Positions 53,501-57,418 of a stretch of 57,418 nt of DNA are shown here, piece by piece. How positions within the stretch are numbered: the stretch's first letter is position 1; the number at the start of each line of letters is the position of its first letter. Under the pieces are notes generated by a model that was not told the DNA's origin, searched no databases, and was given only the letters and a program-made list of their open reading frames with translations. This DNA is from Chrysochromulina tobinii (lineage: Eukaryota), in assembly GCA_001275005.1 (NCBI GenBank), contig JWZX01002380.1, positions 1 through 57,418 of the forward strand, read 5' to 3'. A program made the translations under genes and the position numbers.

Positions 53501-54029
53501 GCTGGACGCGTCCGAGTTTGCGAAGGCGATGCGCGAGCTCGGAATGACGGACGCACCGCCGGAGGCGATCGCCGCCGTCTTCGCCTCCTTCGACCACGAC
53601 GAGAGCGGCACGATCGAGTACCGCGAGCTGCACGCGATCATCAAGCGCTCGTTGCAGGATCGACCCGTGGTGCCGCTGCTGGGGCTCCAAACGGCCAACC
53701 GCATCACGCTGAGAACCAAGAGAGTGCTCAAGGCGAACGCCAACCTTCTGGAGGGTCTGGACCTCGATGAAGCCGCGCTGCACTCGATCCCCGGTCAGAT
53801 CAAGGGCGCCATGCAGGCGTCGCTGGTGCGTGTGGTCGACCTATTCCGCCAGTTTGACGATGATGGGGACGGCCGTATCAGCTTCGACGAGTTTGGCAAG
53901 GCGATGGGCGAGCTCGGTCTGGACGTGCTGCCCCAGGCGCTTCGGCTCCTCTTCGATGAGTGGGACCCAGATAAGAGCGGCTACATTGAGTACGAGGAGC
54001 TGTACACCCTGCTGCGGCATGCCAAATGA
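50568..54029 (+). CDS. Large intronless multi-EF-hand Ca2+-binding protein (about 10 canonical loops)
   Basis: DTDHSGSINFKE, DEDNSGLISVGE, DTNLSGLISFSE, DANGNGTIDAGE, DDDASGYIDGPE, DLDDSGTIEYEE, DDDSSGLLDASE, DHDESGTIEYRE, DDDGDGRISFDE, DPDKSGYIEYEE. Confidence 0.9.
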   Translation: MLPKLTSPRPSAVGTGDGEQPVLAEWKAAVNEEAAMRKRIAKLQRELQRKKQQQSASELQRQRDTTASILREELNEARGSRMMHLIADVLPASEDELNQLSKLINTKCLPSGPGGKNVSWYACFKNLDTDHSGSINFKEYVALIRTSRGLNIPPETLSDMKLKSIWKAVDEDNSGLISVGEFGHFMRRGESAAAETAHERLVAARLEVQRRQHVENKVRRDASGRDISALLDASEPATEEELQEHSHLFNRYLFHNLGETNGGAWYKVFKAVDTNLSGLISFSEYEVAVRDPVIGCGCTVNEVSDAKLRRLWKALDANGNGTIDAGEWGRFMKRGQPAEGSSPRARILARKLEKQQEKLEELRQASDLRYRHLAAPVDFEGIQPASAADLGAMSRQFTERLAHLYRNSTPATEWYRLFKLEAEQHLHHVGGTKVPTAQATCLRIGFEELCRIVRIGMQFDRDQLSDKKIKRLWKALDEPGAGFVEVGIFGRFMRFGIGPGMMPEGNTSELDATRKTSRTHQQRVAEVREAKLAAVLKESTERLKASALQAQDSAAAAALEMKRLEEELASVAAVELYSRNEAQLSGRLHEELIDFGYALSQTDLDELRRLAAEERAVETRLNRAVKGRRGRPVKGERVKMNLKLKKPDEADPVQDSNLSSSTGKTPAPDAEPVGISATAPREQSHVTSASPSMSPRPPSSPRNPAARRPSERSPQRGLDPHGVKVPLSPSTSPKRIQGVAPEEVLEEAAGSIVAPAPGEAAVLLTTMPLPPMSPALDEVPEEATSAPAHIVEDEAQEVADEDASSEASSKKLSATPLRLDGDGTIPSQMRRALQTSLSRVIDLFRQFDDDASGYIDGPEFVKALAELGFDPDEPSVSALFASFDLDDSGTIEYEELHNLLVRSVQHKPELEPLELKAANRIALRKKRMSKVDANLFSGLELGSLDADAIPGAIRKALDERMVRVIDLFRQFDDDSSGLLDASEFAKAMRELGMTDAPPEAIAAVFASFDHDESGTIEYRELHAIIKRSLQDRPVVPLLGLQTANRITLRTKRVLKANANLLEGLDLDEAALHSIPGQIKGAMQASLVRVVDLFRQFDDDGDGRISFDEFGKAMGELGLDVLPQALRLLFDEWDPDKSGYIEYEELYTLLRHAK

Positions 54030-54344
54030 TTTGGAAATGCGTTGTGTTGGACCAAACTTGTCGAGTCGCAAAGTGTCCTACTTCTAGCACCTTTGACCTC
54101 GCACCTTCGACCTTGCTGTTACCACGCAGTGCCTTGTCTTGCCTTCGTTGCCTTTTCGCTTTTGCCTAGCACCTGTAGTTGATCTTGCGACCCTTTGAAT
54201 AGGATAGAGATTGGAACGGATTTGGCCTTTTTGTGTGTGAGCATCGCATCGAAAGCGCCGTGAAACGAAACCGCCGCGTTGTCTTGAACAGACGCCCCTA
54301 ACCACACGTCGCTCCTCGCGTCTCAATCCGAAAGCGCGCGAAAC

Positions 54345-55378
54345 ATGTCGGCCAAGCTGGGCATGAGCCTGGACGACATCGTCGCAAAAGAGGCGCCTAA
54401 AAAGGGCGGCGGCAAGGGTGGTGGTAAGGGTGGCGGCAAAGGCGGTGCAATGAAGCGAATGGGGGCCGGAAGAGACGCTCGTGCCGCGGCGGCTCCGTAC
54501 CAGAGGCCAGTGCGGCCTGGCAAGGGGGGCAAGGGTCAGATGGCGGCGGCGGAAGAGCCGGCCGCTCAGGCACAGCCCGCCTTCACGCTGACCACTGGCA
54601 CGACTGTCAAGGTCGCCAACCTTGCATTCAACGTGACCAGGTACATTCTTTGCCGCAGCAGAATGCACGCGGTCGGCGCAGCATCTTATTAGCTGCCTAC
54701 GCAGGGCGCAAACTTGCAGCCCGCTGCGGCGCCGTTCATGCACCCGTGGCAGCATGCGGCGACAGCCCGCCTCCGCCACGCCTCGCTCACTCGCGGCCGC
54801 TCCCGCCTGCCTGCCTTGCCCACTTGTCTCGCAGCGAGGACATCGAGGAACTTTTTGGCGAGATTGGTGCTCTCAAGTCGGTCTCGCTGCTGACCAAGGA
54901 GGATGGCAGCTCAAGGGGCATGGCGCTCGTCGTCTTCAAGCGCAAGGCGGACGCCGAGACGGCCCTCGAGAAGTACAACGGCGTCCCGCTCGACGGGAGG
55001 CCTCTGAAGATCTCCTTGCAGAGCAACCTGACGCCAGTTAGCGCGACCACCCCTCGTGGCGGGAAAGGCGCTGGCGCGGACGCAGTGCAGATCATCTCCG
55101 GCCGGGGAGGCGGGCGCGTCGTGACCGTCGAGGGTGGCGGGAAGGGTGGTGGGAAAGGCAAGGGCGTCGGGCGCGGCCGCGGCCGCGGTGGCTTCGACTT
55201 GGCCTCGATGATGGGGGCTGATGAGGACGCAGCGCCAACTGGTTGGAAGGGAACGGGCAAGGGCAAGGGCAGGGGCAAGGGCGGCAAGGGGAAGGGCGGC
55301 AAGGGGAAGGGTGCGCCCGTCTCGGCGGACGACCTCGACGCCGACCTCGAATCGTACCACAACATGGCCGCGTCCTAA
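54345..55378 (+). CDS. ALYREF: mRNA export adaptor ALY/REF (THOC4/Yra1), 279 aa, with a conventional intron at 54641-54834
   Basis: N-terminal LGMSLDDIV, central RRM (VKVANLAFNVTS-EDIEELF...YNGVPLDG), C-terminal SADDLDADLESYH. Confidence 0.9.
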
Positions 55379-55521
55379 AGCGCCCACGGCAGCGCCACAA
55401 TATGGCCTCGTCCTCAAGCGCCCACGGCAGCGCCTCGAATCGTGCCACAATATGCCCGCGTCCTAAAGCGCCCACGGAAGCGCCACAATATGGCCTCGTC
55501 CTCAAGCGCCCACGGCAGCGC
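55345..55521. repeat. Four tandem degenerate copies of the ALY/REF stop-codon region
   Basis: CCACAA(C/T)ATG(G/C)CC(G/T)CGTCCT(A/C)AAGCGCCCACGG(C/A)AGCG x4. Confidence 0.9.
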
Positions 55522-55927
55522 AACGACCCGATCGCGGCATGGTACAGGCTATTCCATGCACGCGCTCCGCAGCTCGTAGCAATGGCGCCCGAGGCGCCAC
55601 CGGTGTCCTCTCGGGCGGCAGCTGCAGCAGCAAGAGCAGAGGCGGCTTCCGTGCTGCCGTTTGTGTGTCTTCGCTCCACCACAGTACATGTATCGCGTCG
55701 GAAAGGAGACTCTCGGCGCAAAAGACTGCTGAATCAAGTTCGAGTATGAACCGTCGTTCCTGCTTCGTCACTACGCCTAAGGGATGGTGTGAAACGAATG
55801 CTGCCTTCCAGAAGTCAGCTCTTCTCGGTCGCCTACAAAAGGCGAAAAAAATAAAATTAAATTGGATGGGGGCCAGATCCGCACCTCGATCCCACGGCAG
55901 AGACGATCCACCGCGTTCTCGAGACAA

Positions 55928-56482
55928 ATGCTTGCCGCCGTCACAGCGATCCTTGGCTTCCAGGCTGTCGCGCCGATGTCGCCGACCAGCAGCCGCGCTG
56001 CAGTGCAGATGAGCGGCCGCCCGTCCGACTACCCGACCAAGAACGTGTGGACGACCGTGTGCAAGACCCGGGACCTCAAGCCGGCGTCGCTCAAGGCGGT
56101 CTTCGGCGCGGGCCAGGACATCCTCATCGCGACGGACAAGGGCGGCAAGACCTTTGCGGCTGCCAACGTGTGCCCGCACATCGGCACCCCGCTCGACCAG
56201 GGCACCGTTGAGAATGGCGCGATCATCTGCCCCCTGCACCGCTCCGCCTTTGACCTCAAGACCGGCAAGCTGGTCGGCCCGTGGTGCCCCGCGCCGCCGC
56301 TCATCGGCCCCCTCACGGGCAAGCTGAAGTCGCCGCGGTCGCTCACCATCTTCCCTTGCCGCTCCAACGCGGGAGGTGACGTGCAGGTGCTGCTCGACGT
56401 GAACGCGAAGAAGCGCTTCGATTCGCAGTACTGGCGTGGCATCCTCGACGCGCAGGGCAAGGTCGACGGCGGCTACTACTGA
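55928..56482 (+). CDS. Rieske [2Fe-2S] ferredoxin-like protein with a probable bipartite plastid-targeting leader
   Basis: CPHIG...CPLHRSAF ligand motifs; MLAAVTAILGFQAVAPM...RAAVQM leader. Confidence 0.88.
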   Translation: MLAAVTAILGFQAVAPMSPTSSRAAVQMSGRPSDYPTKNVWTTVCKTRDLKPASLKAVFGAGQDILIATDKGGKTFAAANVCPHIGTPLDQGTVENGAIICPLHRSAFDLKTGKLVGPWCPAPPLIGPLTGKLKSPRSLTIFPCRSNAGGDVQVLLDVNAKKRFDSQYWRGILDAQGKVDGGYY

Positions 56483-57418
56483 GGCGCCTACTAAATCATC
56501 ACGTGCGGCTGCCGATGGCTTCGCAGATCTTCGTGCGAGAGAGAGAGGGGTGTTACGCCGAGGTTGCAGCGGAGCAACCCGATCCAACGGTGCTCGGCCG
56601 CAGGCCCGTGTCGCTGCTGCTGCCCCCGCCTTATTCCCCCGCTGCCTTTCGGCGGAGGTGGCGGGGCGGGGGCGCGGGGGCGGCGTTCTCGGGCACCTGG
56701 CTCCCGGGCGGGGCGCCGGTGACTTCATGAGCTTACAGGATACATGTGCCGCTAAAAGTTTTCAAGTACATGTCCGTTTTTTTACGTACCGGCTTTTCCA
56801 AGACGGCGCGTTTGTTCGCCCGCGGCCCGCACCTTTTCGCTATTTGGCCGTCTTCATCCGATCGACCGCCTTTGCCCTTTCGTTTCGAGCTCTACGTCCG
56901 ACCTCCGAAGTGCTACGTGCTACGTCGACGTGCTACGAGCACTTTCTACGCGCCGTCTACTCTCTAACTTCAAACTTGAAAAGTTATCTTTTGTCTCACG
57001 ACTCACCGGACCGTACCTAACGAGGCGGGCGACCATCGCGCATCGGGCGGTTAGCGAAATCCCCCTTGGCAGGGGGCGGTTCGTTGATCCCCCCTACGTG
57101 CGGACCCCACAAGTATAACGGCCAATACGGCCCGGGGTTCATCAACATGAATCATGATGACACCCGGTGAGGGTGACAGATGTCTACTCTCTTATTCGTT
57201 CAAGGATAACGGCCACTTCGACGAGCACCTGGTTGTCTTCCATTTGACCATTTCAGTGTGGCTCGAGCGAGTGGTGGCGTGCAGCACAGGGCACGTGACA
57301 CCCTCTCTAATATCAACCGGGCGGCATGACCCCATACCACACACAATGCACTCAGCATTTTCTGTTTGACGTAGAAACAGGCAGATCTGAAAGCACTCAG
57401 CATTTGAATGCACTCAAC

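Overview
This is GC-rich eukaryotic nuclear DNA. The gene content, GC-AG donors and 10-11-nt repeat-filled introns suggest a haptophyte alga (Chrysochromulina/Emiliania-like); the taxon is an inference. About 22 tightly packed protein-coding genes can be modelled: a PARP-like ADP-ribosyltransferase (ART) followed by decapeptide repeats, a degenerate ARTC-type ART, SEH1, a SAM-domain protein, a formiminotransferase, RAD21, an RRM protein, a CDK20-like kinase, a polyamine/amino-acid permease, a homeobox protein, a WD-like protein, an RCC1-filamin-EDR1-like protein, PP2C, a sugar porter, an ASPH-like dioxygenase, a multi-EF-hand protein, ALY/REF, a Rieske protein and several orphans. The main observation is a family of 23 introns in 6 genes, all modelled by hand with reading frames that close exactly. 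They are built from strand-polarised CTGAT/CTAAT/CTGAG-core 10-11-mer arrays. Most carry direct duplications of adjacent exon sequence that supply the splice sites, and many share a 3' terminus (...CTCATCAG). Three contain an internal copy of their own spliced exon-exon junction. Intronic exon copies differ from the exon mostly at synonymous sites. The same duplication-plus-array structure sits in the opposite orientation at two stop codons. Together this looks like an intron-generating insertion/repair process. No RNA genes, CRISPR array or transposase were recognised. All splice models are predictions without transcript data.
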